Below are positions 29,134 to 41,921 of a stretch of DNA of 64,000 nt, in pieces. Source of the DNA: Candidatus Kapaibacterium sp. Lineage in GTDB: Bacteria; Bacteroidota; Ignavibacteria; Kapaibacteriales; UBA2268. Position numbers and translations under genes: made by a program. Positions within the stretch are counted from its first letter, which is position 1. Each line of letters begins with the position of its first letter. The stretch lies in the NCBI GenBank assembly GCA_963664875.1, contig OY761611.1, positions 1,280,001 to 1,344,000 on the forward strand, written 5' to 3'. The notes under the pieces are model-generated. The model saw only the letters and a program-made list of their open reading frames with translations, was not told the DNA's origin and did not search any database.

Positions 29134-32100
29134 TTACCATTTGATATTTTTAAAATATTCTCTAAATCTATTAATCTCGTTTCTAAGTTTTGCTACGGTC
29201 TGCAAAGGATTGTCAAATACTTCGTTCTTACCCATTAATTCCAAATCAAGAGCAAGGCTTGCAGCTTCTTTTGCATCAAAATTGACAAGAGCTCCTTTTA
29301 ACTTATGTGCAGCATGATCCAATTTTTTGTAATTTGTAGCACTTACAGCTTCATCAATTTCCTGCATTAAAGCAGGTAACTCGTTAAAGAAACTCTCAAC
29401 CATTGTAATTATTATCTTGCTGTTCCCTTTTAACACATTAAGCAAATTTGAAAAATCTGCCGGAGGCATTTCTCTTGTGTTTTTTGATGCCTGTTTTAAT
29501 CTTATTTGATTTTCTATAGCAGCAAAAAGTAACCTGTCACTTACCGGCTTAGAAATATAGTCATCCATTCCTGCTTCGAGAAATCTTTCCCTATCACCTT
29601 TTAGAGCATGTGCAGTAAGGGCAATAATCGGGATAGCACTATTCTCGTCATCATTTCTGATTAGCTTCGTTGCTTCCATACCATCCATCTCCGGCATCTG
29701 AATATCCATTAGTATCAAATCGTAAATGCCTTTTCTAAACTCTTCTACTGCTTTGGCACCATTTTCAACAGCTTTTATGTTCCATCCATTTGATTCGCAG
29801 AGATCAGTGATTAGAATTTGATTGACCATATTATCTTCTGCAAGAAGAATGTTAAGTTTTTCCGGCATCACAAAATCATCAGTCTCAGGGACTGAAACAT
29901 CTCCGATGTATATCTTATCGTCTATCTCTTCGTAATTATCAAGTCCTAATGCTTTTTCGATGACATTTAGCAGTTGCGACTGTTTAACCGGTTTGATTAG
30001 ATAAGCATCCAGTACTTTTTTATCTTCTAAGCTCAACTCTTCAAATCCGTTTGAGGAACTTAAGAGAATAATTTTTGCGTCTGAAATTGCTTTTAATTTT
30101 TTCGCTAAAGTTACACCATCGAGGCCGGGCATCATATAATCCAAAATAAGAAGTTTAAATGGATTGCCTGCCTTGTGCTCATCGTGATAAAGATTGACAG
30201 CATGGAATGGATCAATAGACGTAAAGGTATTTAATCCATAAAAATCAAGCATATTTTCTAATATCAAAAGATTTGTACTATTGTCGTCAACAACTAAAGT
30301 TTTGAGATTTTTCAAATTTTCAGATTTTTTCTCAATGTTTTCTCTGTATCGTTTATTGTTGAGCATTTGTATTTCAAAAGGAAGACTGAAAGAGAACACA
30401 CTACCCATTCCCTCTTGACTTGACACAGTTATATATCCACCCATTTTTTCGACTAAATGTTTAGAAATAGCAAGCCCTAACCCCGTACCTCCGTATTGCC
30501 TTGTGGTAGAGGCATCTGCTTGTGCAAAGTCGTCAAATATGTGATGAAGATTTTCTTGTGCTATTCCTATTCCGGAATCTTCTATAACAAACTTTATTTG
30601 AATATGATTTTCATCTATCTGTGCTTCCCTTAAGACTTTGATTTTGACTTCACCGGAATGCGTAAATTTGATGGCATTGCTGATGATGTTTATCAACACC
30701 TGACGTAAACGAGTCGGATCTCCTATGAGATAAATAGGCAAATCAGGTTCGATGAAGCAGGTGAGTTCTATGGATTTTCTGTATGCTTTTAGTGCAAACA
30801 TATCTACGGATTTTTCGACTGTAGAAGTCAATTCAAAATCTAAGCTGTCAAGCAACAACTTACCGGATTCTATTTTGGACAAATCCAAAATATCATTTAT
30901 GATATTGAGCAGCGAATCGGCAGATGTTTTGACGAGGTTTAGATGAATTCTTTGCTCAGGAGTTAGTTCTGATTTTAAAACAAGATCTGTCATCCCAATA
31001 ATACCATTCATTGGAGTTCTTATTTCATGGCTCATATTAGCAAGGAATAAGCTTTTTGCTTTGTTGGCTGCTTCGGCTTCCTCTTTTGCCTTTTTCAGAA
31101 AGTCTTCCATATTTTTTCGTTCAATCTCGGCAGCAGCTCTGGTTGCAAATATTTCAAGAATAAAATCATTCCGTTTTTTTGGTTCCGGTTTTTCCTCATC
31201 CATTGCAAGAACAAAACCTTTTAGCTTAGTTCCGTTTTCATAAATCGGAATACCAAGGATATATTTGACATAAGAGTTACCTTTAGCCCGAGGTATAGCC
31301 ATAAAAGGACTATCCTGCTGATGGTAAAAAACTGAAGGAGCAAATTTTTCTTTGATATCTATTTCTATCTCAAAGCTTTCGTAAAACTGCCTGTCACCCC
31401 AATAAGCTAACACATGACCTGCATTCATATTATCGCTTACAAGGTAGATGCAGGTGTCGCTGACATCAAACACTTCCGCAAGGTAATACACAAAAGATGA
31501 AAAGAAATTGACACCGGTATTACGGGCAGTACCTTCAACTATAGTCTGCAGAGCTTGTTCTGCTCTTTTTCTTTCCGTAATATCTTCAATGATACCATCT
31601 ATATAGTCTAACTCACCGGATTCATTTTTAATTGGGCTACCTGTATCTCTGATAATAATTTTCTGATTTTTGTTATTAATAAGCTCATACTCTGTTACAA
31701 CTATTTCGTTGCTCCTTTTGAGTTCTTCAATATGCAAATCACGTATATGCGGATTGACGTATAAATCCTGAACATTAAGCTCTCCGAAATCAAAGTCAGG
31801 CTCTAAGCCCAATATATTTAATAATGCAGGATTAGCATAAAAGAGTTTCCCTTCGGGATTAGTTCGGTAAATACCCACAGGCAACTGTTTAGTCAAAGTT
31901 CTTATTCTCTCTTCTGAATCTTTGATTTTTTGCTCTGCTTCTATTCTCTCAGAAATATCTCTTATTATAGCATAGACATTACGCCTGTTTTCTATATATA
32001 AAACAGCGAGAGATACTTCTGTGGGAACAATTTTTCCTGTAAAAGTCTTATGCTCCCAAAGGAACCTGGAAGCACCGTGCTGAGCAGCTCCCTCAACCAT

Positions 32101-32970
32101 TCGAAGCATTTTCATGTAAGAAGAATCACCATCACTTTGGAACTCAGGCGATAACTCAGAAGGCTTTCTTCCGATGATTTGGCTTTTATCTATGGTATCA
32201 AAAAGTTTAAGAGCAGCATAGTTGCAATCTTTGATGTTGTAGCCATCTAAGAGTAACATAGGGTCTATCGAATTTTCGAAAAGGGAGCGGAACTTCAGCT
32301 CACTATTTCTTACATCGCGCTCAGCTGTAATCCTTTTGGTAATGTCCACAATTGCTACAATACATGAGACGACTTCGTGTTTTGCATTGAAGATGGGATA
32401 CCATTCGTAAACACCCTGAAAAGAAGTGCCATCTTTCTTTTTGAATTCGGTTTCGCCGCTATAATTTTCACCGAGGGATTTAATTTCTTTGATTATTGTA
32501 GTTATCCTTTCGAAGAACTCAATATCTACAATTTTTCTGAGAGAGTAACCTGTAACAATATCGGACTGGTAACCGAAGAGGTTTTCTGCCCCTTTGCTGA
32601 AATGCAAGATACTAAAGTCTTTTGTTTCAGTTTCCAAATGTAAAAACGCAAGATTTTCTATTACCTCGCTTATTTGATGAGCATCATCATTCGTAAGTTC
32701 AGGGTCTTTGTCGGAGTAAATATTTTTGACATCAAACGAGTTTGTGCATGTAACAATCAGTGATTGAGTATCAATATCCACGGATGTTCTGTTTATCTGG
32801 AAAAGCCCTGAAACAGTGCTGCTAAATCGTTTGTACTCTTTATTTGATATTTCAATTGTATTATCTCTGCTTTTTACAGAAATCCCAATCGGTAGATTAT
32901 CAACTATTTCTTTATATAGCTTTAGCTCATTTTCCAAGTCAATCAAATTCGATTTACTAACCGACATCAT
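29134..32970 (-). CDS. Cytoplasmic hybrid histidine kinase (3 PAS, GAF-like, HisKA, HATPase, 2 REC, Hpt)
   Basis: [54 protein letters not shown]; no TM helix. Confidence 0.93.
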   Translation of the reverse strand: MMSVSKSNLIDLENELKLYKEIVDNLPIGISVKSRDNTIEISNKEYKRFSSTVSGLFQINRTSVDIDTQSLIVTCTNSFDVKNIYSDKDPELTNDDAHQISEVIENLAFLHLETETKDFSILHFSKGAENLFGYQSDIVTGYSLRKIVDIEFFERITTIIKEIKSLGENYSGETEFKKKDGTSFQGVYEWYPIFNAKHEVVSCIVAIVDITKRITAERDVRNSELKFRSLFENSIDPMLLLDGYNIKDCNYAALKLFDTIDKSQIIGRKPSELSPEFQSDGDSSYMKMLRMVEGAAQHGASRFLWEHKTFTGKIVPTEVSLAVLYIENRRNVYAIIRDISERIEAEQKIKDSEERIRTLTKQLPVGIYRTNPEGKLFYANPALLNILGLEPDFDFGELNVQDLYVNPHIRDLHIEELKRSNEIVVTEYELINNKNQKIIIRDTGSPIKNESGELDYIDGIIEDITERKRAEQALQTIVEGTARNTGVNFFSSFVYYLAEVFDVSDTCIYLVSDNMNAGHVLAYWGDRQFYESFEIEIDIKEKFAPSVFYHQQDSPFMAIPRAKGNSYVKYILGIPIYENGTKLKGFVLAMDEEKPEPKKRNDFILEIFATRAAAEIERKNMEDFLKKAKEEAEAANKAKSLFLANMSHEIRTPMNGIIGMTDLVLKSELTPEQRIHLNLVKTSADSLLNIINDILDLSKIESGKLLLDSLDFELTSTVEKSVDMFALKAYRKSIELTCFIEPDLPIYLIGDPTRLRQVLINIISNAIKFTHSGEVKIKVLREAQIDENHIQIKFVIEDSGIGIAQENLHHIFDDFAQADASTTRQYGGTGLGLAISKHLVEKMGGYITVSSQEGMGSVFSFSLPFEIQMLNNKRYRENIEKKSENLKNLKTLVVDDNSTNLLILENMLDFYGLNTFTSIDPFHAVNLYHDEHKAGNPFKLLILDYMMPGLDGVTLAKKLKAISDAKIILLSSSNGFEELSLEDKKVLDAYLIKPVKQSQLLNVIEKALGLDNYEEIDDKIYIGDVSVPETDDFVMPEKLNILLAEDNMVNQILITDLCESNGWNIKAVENGAKAVEEFRKGIYDLILMDIQMPEMDGMEATKLIRNDDENSAIPIIALTAHALKGDRERFLEAGMDDYISKPVSDRLLFAAIENQIRLKQASKNTREMPPADFSNLLNVLKGNSKIIITMVESFFNELPALMQEIDEAVSATNYKKLDHAAHKLKGALVNFDAKEAASLALDLELMGKNEVFDNPLQTVAKLRNEINRFREYFKNIKW

Positions 32971-33030
32971 AAATCTCCGAATATTATTAGTCTTTATGCA
33001 AATTTAAATCTTTGCTCGTAAAATGCAACA

Positions 33031-33068
33031 AAAAAAGCGTTGCAAAGTAATTCGCAACGCTTTTTTTT
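33031..33068. terminator. Intrinsic terminator after MCP gene
   Basis: aaaaaagcgttgc...gcaacgctttttttt. Confidence 0.8.
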
Positions 33069-33075
33069 GGATTTA

Positions 33076-36000
33076 TCAATTGCCATTCAGCAATTTTCTG
33101 CCATGTTCTTCATCGTCTCTATGATCCATGTGGTCATGTGTTATTTCATATTCAAAGTCATGAGAAGACACATTCCTGTGGATTTTGAATCTATTGATAG
33201 CAGAGATTAGTTTCTCTGTTTGTTTGCTCATTTTTTCAGAATAAATAGCAATTTCAGTTATCTGCTTAGCAGTAGAACCTGCCACAGTTGAAATAGATGC
33301 AATATTCTGAGCAATTTGTTCTGTAGTCGAAGATTGTTCTTCTGACGCAGCTGCAATTTGATTGATCATGGACATAACATCTTCCGAGCTTGAAACTATT
33401 GATTTCAATGCTTCACCGGCTTTATCAGCAAGTGCAATTCCACTATTTACTTCAGAGTTGCCCTGAACCATGATAGTAACAGCATTTCCTGTTTCATCCT
33501 GAATGCTTTGAATCATGTTGGCAATTTGTTTTGTTGCATCTGTGGTGCGTTCTGCAAGTTTTCTAACCTCATCAGCAACAACTGCAAATCCCCTACCCTG
33601 ATCTCCGGCTCTTGCAGCTTCTATAGCAGCATTTAGAGCAAGCAAGTTAGTCTGGTCTGCAATTTCATTGATTACAGAAATAATCTTTCCGATTTCTTTG
33701 CTAGATTCGCCAAGTTTTTTGATGTTATTCGCAGACTGAGTTACAACATCAGCAATGTCTTTCATTTTTTTAACGGTTTCAGACACTACAGTGCCGCCAT
33801 TTAGAGCTTCCTGACCGTATTTTTCAGCTATCTGTGCCGCTCTGTTAGATGCTTTGGCATTTTCTGCAACAGTTCTTGTCATTTCTTCGACAGCACCTGC
33901 TACTTCTTCAGTCTGCATACTTTGCTCTTGTGCACTTGAAGCAATATTAGCAGATTCACCATTTATTTGGTCAGAAGATGATGCCACTGCTTCTACTACA
34001 GAATGAACATCTTGAATAACGTTTTCTAAAGAATTTGCCAAGCTATTGATATTTTTAGCAAAGTCGTCAAACTCTCCGTTAAATCTCTTGTTGATTCTTG
34101 CTGTTAAATCACCGGAAGCAAGAATTGAAATGCAGTTTGCATATTCATTTAGCGGATTGATTATTGCGTCTAAGGTATTATTAACACCACCTACAACCAC
34201 CTGCCATGAGCCTTGGTAACGAGAAACATCTACTCTTTTATCTAATTCGCCCTGAACTGCAAAGTTTGTTTGTTGATGCACATCAGAAATCATTTTGTTG
34301 AGTATATCAGTCAAAATGTTGATGTTTTGAATCATACCAAAGTATTCGCCTTTAAAGTCACCATGTATAGTATCAAGTCTTTCGCCTCGACTTACATTGG
34401 CAATAAAATCTTTTGCTAAATTGAATGGCTCGACTATAGCATCCAGTGATTTATTGAAACCACCAAATATATTTATCCATTCGCCTTGCAAGCCTGTTGC
34501 ATCAGCTCGAACGTCCAATTTTCCATTTACAGTTGCTTCAGACTGCTCAGCCATTGTGATAACAAGTTTATAAAGTATTGTTCTAAGAGTATTGATATTG
34601 ATTTTTAATGTATTGTAAATACCTTTGTACTCTTTTGTTACCTCGTGCAATTCTTCACCGCGACTTGCTTTTGCTATGAAATCAATTGCAACTTCAAATG
34701 GTTCTGCCATGTTGTCTATCGCGAGATTCATTCCGTCGATAATAATTTTATAGTCTCCGTCTAACTTGTCAGAAGCAGCCCTATAGTCCAATTCTCCATT
34801 TTTGATAGATTCTGCAAGTGTATTTACTTCACTAATCAAAGTCATAAGATTGGCACGAACACCATTTATTGCATGAGTCAACGCAACCTGATCTCCCGGC
34901 AAATTCCTCATTTCTTTATTCAGATTGCCTTTGGCATAATCAAGCAATATCTCAACACCTTCAAAAATAGGATTAGAAACAGAATCCAATGTTTCATTGA
35001 TACCACTCATAAGATCAAGATAAATGCCGCTCATACCATTCACATCGCATCTTGCATTTACAAAACCCGAGTTTTGCTGCTTGATTGTTTCAAAAAGCGA
35101 ACTTTGCATAGCGTTCAAGGTATCTATACACATATTCAAATTGTTTTTGATTTCGTTGAAATCACCTTTCATGTCTTCTTCTATCTTTGGTGGTATATCG
35201 CCTTTGGATATTCTGTCGATATACTCTGCTGATAGATTTAAAGGACCTATCACTGCATCGAGCGATTTATTGAAGTTGCCGAATATGTTTAGCCATTCAC
35301 CTTCCAAGCCTTTCAAATCGGCTCTAACGTCAAGGCGACCATTAAGTGTTGCGTCGGATTGTTCCATCATAGTGAAGACAAGTTTATAAAGAACTTCTCT
35401 TAGACGGTTTATTCTGTTTTTCAGATTGCCGTATATGCCTTTATAATCTTTTGTTACCTCGTGCAACTCTTCGCCGCGACTTGCTTTTGTTATAAAATCT
35501 ATTGCTAATTCGAATGGTTCTACTACATTATCGAGTGTTTTATTCATGCCTGCTATTATTTTGCGGTAGTCACCATTGTGCATTGATTCGTCTGCACGCA
35601 ATTCGAGGTTGCCTTCTTCTGCTGCATGGTTTAAGGTATTTGCATCTGTGATTAGTTTATTGATGGAATCTATACACATATTCAAATTGTTTTTGATTTC
35701 GTTGAAATCGCCTTTCATGTCTTCTTCTATCTTCGGTGGTATATCGCCTTTGGATATTCTGTCGATATACTCTGCTGATAGATTTAAAGGACCTATCACT
35801 GCATCGAGTGATTTATTGAAGTTGCCGAATATGTTTAGCCATTCACCTTCCAAGCCTTTCAAATCAGCTCTAACGTCAAGGCGACCATTAAGTGTGGCGT
35901 CTGATTGTTCCATCATAGTGAAGACAAGTTTATAAAGAACTTCTCTTAGACGGTTTATTCTGTTTTTCAAATTGCCGTATATGCCTTTATAGTCTTTTGT

Positions 36001-37800
36001 TACCTCGAGTAATTCTTCGCCGCGGCTTGCTTTAGTAATAAAATCTATTGCTAATTCGAATGGTTCTACTACATTATCGAGAGTTTTATTCATACCTGCT
36101 ATTATTTTGCGGTAGTCACCATTGTGCATTGATTCGTCTGCACGTAATTCTAAGTTGCCTTCTTCTGCTGCATGGTTTAAGGTATTTGCATCTGTGATTA
36201 GTTTATTGATGGAATCTATACACATATTCAAATTGTTTTTGATTTCGTTGAAATCGCCTTTCATGTCTTCTTCTATCTTCGGTGGTATATCGCCTTTGGA
36301 TATTCTGTCGATATACTCTGCTGATAGATTTAATGGACCTATCACTGCATCGAGTGATTTATTGAAGTTGCCGAATATGTTCAGCCATTCACCTTCCAAG
36401 CCTTTCAAATCGGCTCTAACGTCAAGGCGACCATTAAGTGTGGCGTCGGATTGTTCCATCATAGTGAAGACAAGCTTATAAAGAACTTCTCTTAGACGGT
36501 TTATTCTGTTTTTCAGATTGCCGTATATACCTTTATAATCTTTTGTTACCTCGTGCAACTCTTCGCCGCGACTTGCCTTTGTTATAAAATCTATTGCTAA
36601 TTCGAATGGTTCTACTACATTATCGAGAGTTTTATTCATACCTGCTATTATTTTGCGGTAGTCACCATTGTGCATTGATTCGTCTGCACGCAATTCGAGG
36701 TTGCCTTCTTCTGCTGCATGGTTTAAGGTATTTGCATCTGTGATTAGAGCTGTTATTGCATCTATACATGTGTTGAGATTATTGATAATTTCAGCGAAAT
36801 CACCTCGGAACTCATCAGTAACTTTTGGTGGCAAATCACCTTTGCTAATGCGGTCAATATATTCTGCGGCAAGATTGAGAGGTCTCATGTATAAATCGAC
36901 ACTCTGATTTACGCCATCAATTATTTCAGCATAAGCCCCCTGCAACTTCTCTGAGCTTGCACGATAATCTAGTTTACCCATTTTAGAAGCTTGTACAATT
37001 GCCTGTACCTGCTGATTCATTTCTTCGAGAGTTGAAGATACTTTGACAAAAGCTCTTTGCACGTCAGCAAGTTCATCATTGCCTTTGATTTCTTTTTCGA
37101 TATTTAACTTACCTGAAGTAATGTCCTCTGCCATTGATTTGAGTTTCTTGAGAGGATTTACTACTGAAACTCGTCCGATAACGACAAGTGCAATGTTTAG
37201 CAGCACTATACTGCCGATAACAAAGATGAATAGCAAAGTGTGTAACTCTGCACGTTTAGTATTGTAAGTATCTAAATCATAGTCCGCAATTATAAACCAG
37301 TTCAAATCTTTATCGAAATGAGCCAATGCCATTTTTTCTTTCAGCGTATCGCCGATTGCAATCGAATAGCGGGCATAATCTTTATTGTCACTTTTCAGTT
37401 CATTAGCTATTTTGAGTAGTATGGCTGTACCTTCAGAATCTTTGTATTCTTCTACAGGTTTTCCGGAATATTCATTATTAGGTGAAGAAATAATCTTATT
37501 ATCTTTTATCACAAATATTCCATTTTTAGAATGGTATGATATTTCTGAGAGATAAATCAGTAGAGCATTTTGCTCATTTATTGCATCCTCTTCACTAACA
37601 AACTCTTTTGATTTTGTTTTTTCAATAATTGATATAGGTATTTCACTTATATCATGCAAAGATTCCTTTACGTCTTCAAGCAAGACGTTTTCTACGGTCG
37701 GCATCAAATAGTAATCAAGAGCAAAATACATTGCAATGGTTACTAAAATAAAAGGAAGGCTAATTTTTAGCGAAATCCCTGTTTTTTTAAACAGTCCCAT
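33076..37800 (-). CDS. Giant methyl-accepting chemotaxis protein (Cache-like sensor, poly-HAMP, MCP signalling domain)
   Basis: Two TM helices, long HAMP array, [38 protein letters not shown] hairpin tip, QEQ/EE methylation sites. Confidence 0.95.
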   Translation of the reverse strand: MGLFKKTGISLKISLPFILVTIAMYFALDYYLMPTVENVLLEDVKESLHDISEIPISIIEKTKSKEFVSEEDAINEQNALLIYLSEISYHSKNGIFVIKDNKIISSPNNEYSGKPVEEYKDSEGTAILLKIANELKSDNKDYARYSIAIGDTLKEKMALAHFDKDLNWFIIADYDLDTYNTKRAELHTLLFIFVIGSIVLLNIALVVIGRVSVVNPLKKLKSMAEDITSGKLNIEKEIKGNDELADVQRAFVKVSSTLEEMNQQVQAIVQASKMGKLDYRASSEKLQGAYAEIIDGVNQSVDLYMRPLNLAAEYIDRISKGDLPPKVTDEFRGDFAEIINNLNTCIDAITALITDANTLNHAAEEGNLELRADESMHNGDYRKIIAGMNKTLDNVVEPFELAIDFITKASRGEELHEVTKDYKGIYGNLKNRINRLREVLYKLVFTMMEQSDATLNGRLDVRADLKGLEGEWLNIFGNFNKSLDAVIGPLNLSAEYIDRISKGDIPPKIEEDMKGDFNEIKNNLNMCIDSINKLITDANTLNHAAEEGNLELRADESMHNGDYRKIIAGMNKTLDNVVEPFELAIDFITKASRGEELLEVTKDYKGIYGNLKNRINRLREVLYKLVFTMMEQSDATLNGRLDVRADLKGLEGEWLNIFGNFNKSLDAVIGPLNLSAEYIDRISKGDIPPKIEEDMKGDFNEIKNNLNMCIDSINKLITDANTLNHAAEEGNLELRADESMHNGDYRKIIAGMNKTLDNVVEPFELAIDFITKASRGEELHEVTKDYKGIYGNLKNRINRLREVLYKLVFTMMEQSDATLNGRLDVRADLKGLEGEWLNIFGNFNKSLDAVIGPLNLSAEYIDRISKGDIPPKIEEDMKGDFNEIKNNLNMCIDTLNAMQSSLFETIKQQNSGFVNARCDVNGMSGIYLDLMSGINETLDSVSNPIFEGVEILLDYAKGNLNKEMRNLPGDQVALTHAINGVRANLMTLISEVNTLAESIKNGELDYRAASDKLDGDYKIIIDGMNLAIDNMAEPFEVAIDFIAKASRGEELHEVTKEYKGIYNTLKININTLRTILYKLVITMAEQSEATVNGKLDVRADATGLQGEWINIFGGFNKSLDAIVEPFNLAKDFIANVSRGERLDTIHGDFKGEYFGMIQNINILTDILNKMISDVHQQTNFAVQGELDKRVDVSRYQGSWQVVVGGVNNTLDAIINPLNEYANCISILASGDLTARINKRFNGEFDDFAKNINSLANSLENVIQDVHSVVEAVASSSDQINGESANIASSAQEQSMQTEEVAGAVEEMTRTVAENAKASNRAAQIAEKYGQEALNGGTVVSETVKKMKDIADVVTQSANNIKKLGESSKEIGKIISVINEIADQTNLLALNAAIEAARAGDQGRGFAVVADEVRKLAERTTDATKQIANMIQSIQDETGNAVTIMVQGNSEVNSGIALADKAGEALKSIVSSSEDVMSMINQIAAASEEQSSTTEQIAQNIASISTVAGSTAKQITEIAIYSEKMSKQTEKLISAINRFKIHRNVSSHDFEYEITHDHMDHRDDEEHGRKLLNGN
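35122..36759. repeat. Three near-identical 546-bp tandem repeats (182 aa each) inside the MCP
   Basis: Marker atctatacac at 35122, 35668, 36214 (and atctataca at 36760); scattered, mostly silent differences. Confidence 0.95.
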
Positions 37801-37967
37801 ACATATTACCTTAAAAATAGGAACAAATTATAGTTCAGATGACACAATACTACAACACAAAAGCGTTATAGAATTAATGCCTTATTGCAAACGAAAAAAT
37901 AATATAAAGGATTCGCTTTTAAAATTATTTTGATTACATGCTTGAGTAAAGCTAAAACTTTTGGAAT

Positions 37968-39080
37968 TTAGAATCTCTGATTTTTCCAGATTACATTTCG
38001 TTTTAATAGAGTAACAGGTATGAGGAGTTCGATAAGCATCACAAAAAGCAATGAGATGAGTATATAAGGCTTTAAATTGCTTTTCTTTTGAGAGTTTACA
38101 GATAAGTTTGTAACTATATAATCGCCATATAAGCGAGTAAACAGCACGGAGAAAATCCACATTAAGTTACCCGAATACAGAGAAATAAGGAGAGAAACCC
38201 ATATAGACAAAGATGTGAAAACAAAAATTGAAGCTTTTATTCCAAGAGCTTTGCCCCCTACAGCCCAACGGTGTTTTTGTTGCATATATTCCTTGAAAGT
38301 GTTGCAGCCATAAGTAGTTACTGAGGAATTTACAGAATTGAGATATACAATCTTACCGCCTGCTCTGTCAACAGCCTGCATCAAAGCGAGGTCTTCGGTT
38401 ACTGAGAAGTCAATATTTCTATAACCACCTAACTCTTTGAAAACAGAGCTCTTAATACTAAAATTATTACCGTATGCACCCAGTACTTTCTTATGACCTA
38501 CGCCTGCACTTGCCATAGTGTGCATATAAATCCATTCTACAGCCTGAATTTTATCAAAAAGCCTGTTACTTTCCACATGAGTGAATGCAGGTATTAAATC
38601 TACGCAATAAATGTCAAACGCATTCACAATTGTACGTATCCAATCTTTATGAACTTTACAATCAGCATCTGTAAGAAGCAGATATTCGCCTTTGGCTATA
38701 TCAGCAGCCTGCTGTATAGCTCCGGGCTTACCTTTGAGGTTAGCTTCTACATCTGTTTCAAGCCGGTGTAATATTTTTAGATTTGGGATTTCTAATGCGA
38801 GTCTATCCATAATAGCTCCTGTGCTATCCACAGAGCGATCATTCACCGCTATAATTTCGTATTTATCATTAGGATAGTTGCAATCTGCAGCAGCACGCAA
38901 AGCACGTTCTATGTTCTTTTCTTCGTCCTTGGCAGGTATAATAATAGAAACAAACGGAAGCTTATCTTCAGGTAAACTCAAATCGAGAGCAGAAAGATTT
39001 CTTTGGTTCAATGCTCCCGAATAGAAAACATAGACCCTAAAAAGATAAACAATTATTCCAAAAACTACTATATATATCAT
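37968..39080 (-). CDS. Glycosyltransferase family 2 (membrane, processive-type motifs)
   Basis: VSIIIPAKDEE, NDRSVD, LTDAD, TEDL, QKHRW; N- and C-terminal TM helices. Confidence 0.9.
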   Translation of the reverse strand: MIYIVVFGIIVYLFRVYVFYSGALNQRNLSALDLSLPEDKLPFVSIIIPAKDEEKNIERALRAAADCNYPNDKYEIIAVNDRSVDSTGAIMDRLALEIPNLKILHRLETDVEANLKGKPGAIQQAADIAKGEYLLLTDADCKVHKDWIRTIVNAFDIYCVDLIPAFTHVESNRLFDKIQAVEWIYMHTMASAGVGHKKVLGAYGNNFSIKSSVFKELGGYRNIDFSVTEDLALMQAVDRAGGKIVYLNSVNSSVTTYGCNTFKEYMQQKHRWAVGGKALGIKASIFVFTSLSIWVSLLISLYSGNLMWIFSVLFTRLYGDYIVTNLSVNSQKKSNLKPYILISLLFVMLIELLIPVTLLKRNVIWKNQRF

Positions 39081-39620
39081 AGATACTCTCTTTATTGCTC
39101 ACTTAGTCAAGTCTGCTAATATAATGCCAAATCTTGAATTTTAAATGCAGGAAATGTTGATTTTTCAGGAAGTACAAAAAAAAAGCGAACCACTTTAAAA
39201 AAAAAATGATTCGCTTAGTAGAGATTTGTCATATTGGGTTTATACTATTTTCTTAAAGACGAACCATCCACCAAATACTACAAAACCACCTGCGAGTATG
39301 ATTAATCCCCATTCAGGAAGTGTAGGTACTACACCAAAATGCACCTGTTCCGAATAAGCTGTCACTGTGCTATTAGTAGCATAAGCACGAACATAATAGC
39401 CCGGACCAATCTGCAAGTTAGTTGCATTTAGGGTATATTCGTCATTGCCACCGGCTGGTGCTGTTGCGATGCCGTCATAATCTGTGATAGTTGGATTTGG
39501 AGTAGTGCTCCAAACTATTCCTTTTGCTGTTATTGCTGTGCCGCCGTTATCATCCGGATTTGCAGTAAAGCTATATTCTGTGTCTGATATCTTGGTAGTT
39601 GTCGTGATCGAAACAGTTGA
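38901..39620. repeat. Direct repeat, copy A (GT2 5' end, intergenic region, 3' part of FG-GAP gene)
   Basis: Matches 41204..41921 at offset 2303; almost identical over 38901..39240, then more substitutions. Confidence 0.93.
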
Positions 39621-40922
39621 AGAGCAGAGAGGACAGAGAGAACCGAATAAGCCAGAAAAGTTTGTTACGGGAGTAAAGTAAGAAAAAACATGCAAATCTT
39701 TTATGCCATCGCCGTCAAAGTCAGCAAAATCAACTGATCCATATTGTGGATTCATTGATTTTCCTGGAATAGGTTGACCATTAATTTGATTTGTTGGACC
39801 TGAATCTACAGCTTTGACAGTAAAATTATTGCTCCCATCGTTAACAGCTTGGAAAAATTTAGCAAAATCCCAAAATAGTATATCATCGTCACCGTCAGCG
39901 TCAAAATCACCTACTCGGGTACCACTATATGCCCCCTGAACTCCTTGTCCTGCACTAATACTTACATTATTAGTGCTAAAGCTCCCTGACCCATTGTTGA
40001 AAAATTCAAATACACCTGTATTGTCTATTAATAATAAATCGGTATCTCCATCTGTATCTAAGTTTATTGCAAGTAAGACTGGTGCAGCCGTAACTGTAAA
40101 ATTCAGATCAGCATTATCAATTAAAATACTAAGTTGACTAAATGTACCTGAGCCATTATTAGTAAAAACTTGCAATGCCGCTTCAATATTTCCACCTGAA
40201 TCTGAATAAACAGAAACAAAGTCTAAATCATTATCACCGTCAATATCAAAAAGCTGAATAGAACCATAAGATAAATCTATAAATCCACCATCAACAGGAG
40301 CAGCATCATCTCCCAATAGTTCGACCTGAGTGATTGTGAAATTAGCACTACCATCATTTTCATATTTTTTTATATTATCAGCAGTCTCACTGTCAATTAT
40401 AAGAAAATCAATATCGCCATCCGTGTCAAGATCTCCCGCGGCGAATGCCTGCATTGCAACAGAAGCCCATTGGTATTTCCTAGTAAAGGAAGTGCCGTTC
40501 CCATCATTTATATACAGTTCCGTTTTGCTTGAAGGTGCAGAATAGTATTTCAATATCAAATCAGGCTTGCCGTCACTGTTGAAATCTTCAGAATATAATT
40601 TACTAATTCTAAAATTTCCAATCGTGCTAACGTTAGTAATTGAATTCTCTGTAAAAGATCCTGACCCATCGTTTATGTAAATGCGCGCTGTATAATCACC
40701 GACAGCTTCTCTTTGCCCCGTAACAAGAATATCAATGTCTCCATCACCATCAAAATCTTTCGCTACAGAAGCAGCATATTTCCACTGTGAAGTACCTATA
40801 TCATAAGGATTATTCCAGACAATTGCCTTTGCATTTCCAAAGCAAATAAATATCAAAGAAAGATAAAGCACTTGCTTCTTTAGAAAGCTATCAATGTAGT
40901 TGTATTTTGTAAACATTTTCAA
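39240..40922 (-). CDS. FG-GAP/VCBS repeat surface protein with IPTL-CTERM sorting signal (paralogue A)
   Basis: Signal peptide, repeated DFDGDGDxD Ca-binding blades, FN3-like YYVRAYATNS, tail VPTLPEWGLIIL + TM + KK. Confidence 0.85.
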   Translation of the reverse strand: MKMFTKYNYIDSFLKKQVLYLSLIFICFGNAKAIVWNNPYDIGTSQWKYAASVAKDFDGDGDIDILVTGQREAVGDYTARIYINDGSGSFTENSITNVSTIGNFRISKLYSEDFNSDGKPDLILKYYSAPSSKTELYINDGNGTSFTRKYQWASVAMQAFAAGDLDTDGDIDFLIIDSETADNIKKYENDGSANFTITQVELLGDDAAPVDGGFIDLSYGSIQLFDIDGDNDLDFVSVYSDSGGNIEAALQVFTNNGSGTFSQLSILIDNADLNFTVTAAPVLLAINLDTDGDTDLLLIDNTGVFEFFNNGSGSFSTNNVSISAGQGVQGAYSGTRVGDFDADGDDDILFWDFAKFFQAVNDGSNNFTVKAVDSGPTNQINGQPIPGKSMNPQYGSVDFADFDGDGIKDLHVFSYFTPVTNFSGLFGSLCPLCSSTVSITTTTKISDTEYSFTANPDDNGGTAITAKGIVWSTTPNPTITDYDGIATAPAGGNDEYTLNATNLQIGPGYYVRAYATNSTVTAYSEQVHFGVVPTLPEWGLIILAGGFVVFGGWFVFKKIV

Positions 40923-41038
40923 TTTCCAAATTTATTATTTGAGTATACATTGGACTACTATATAATCAATAAAACGATTTTTTCAAAGTAAAATTTAGGT
41001 TATTTTGCATTCTATTTTTTAACATTAAAAATACTTTG

Positions 41039-41383
41039 CTATGTGTTAATTTTTACAATTAAATAGTTTCCATCGTGCATATGACTACTAATTCTCCATC
41101 CATGGAAACAGTCAAAAAATAGAGCTTTAAGCTTATCAGAATTTCCAATTTTAAGTCTGTTGTTATAAAAAATCGGATAGTCACACTCTGCTACAGAGCG
41201 AACAGCACGTTCTATGTTCTTTTCTTCGTCCTTGGCAGGTATAATAATAGAAACAAACGGAAGCTTATCTTCAGGTAAACTCAAATCGAGAGCAGAAAGA
41301 TTTCTTTGGTTCAATGCTCCCGAATAGAAAACATAGACCCTAAAAAGATAAACAATTATTCCAAAAACTACTATATATATCAT
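41039..41383 (-). pseudogene. Chimeric remnant: GT2 N-terminus fused in frame to a diverged TetR C-terminal fragment
   Basis: First ~60 codons identical to the GT2 at 37968..39080, next ~10 diverged (VRSVAECDYP vs LRAAADCNYP); then ALFFDCFHGWRISSHMHDGNY resembling TetR ALFFDCFHGWQISYIMSDGNY. Confidence 0.85.
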
Positions 41384-41921
41384 AGATACTCTCTTTATTG
41401 CTCACTTAGTCAAGTCTGCTAATATAATGCCAAATCTTGAATTTTAAATGCAGGAAATGTTGATTTTTCAGGAAGTACAAAAAAAAAGCGAACCACTTTG
41501 AAAAAAAAATGATTCGCTTAGTAGAGATTTGTCAAATTGGGTTTATACTATTTTCTTAAATACAAACCAGCCACCAAATACTACAAAACCACCTGCGAGT
41601 ATGATTAATCCCCATTCAGGAAGTGTAGGTACTACACCAAAATGCACTTGTGCAGAGTAAGCTGTCCCTGTGCTATTAGTAGCATAAGCACGAACATAAT
41701 AGCCCGGACCAATCTGCAAGTTAGTTGCATTTAATGTATATTCGTCATTACCTCCGGCTGGTGCTGATGCTATACCATCATAATCTGTGATAGTAGGGTT
41801 GGGAGAAGTGCTCCAAACTATCCCTTTTGCTGTTATTGCAGTGCAGCCGTTATCATCCGGATCAGCCGTGAAGCTATATTCTGTATCTGATATCTTGGTA
41901 GTTGTCGTGATTGAAACTGTT
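41204..41921. repeat. Direct repeat, copy B
   Basis: Matches 38901..39620. Confidence 0.93.

Noticed and set aside
35122-36759. MCP repeats as a CRISPR array or pure assembly artefact
   Set aside because: Units are 546 bp, in frame and have no spacers; each carries private substitutions, which argues against simple duplication by the assembler, though reads are needed to be sure
35024-36907. Repeated ~120-aa plus-strand ORFs
   Set aside because: Antisense shadows of the MCP 546-bp repeats
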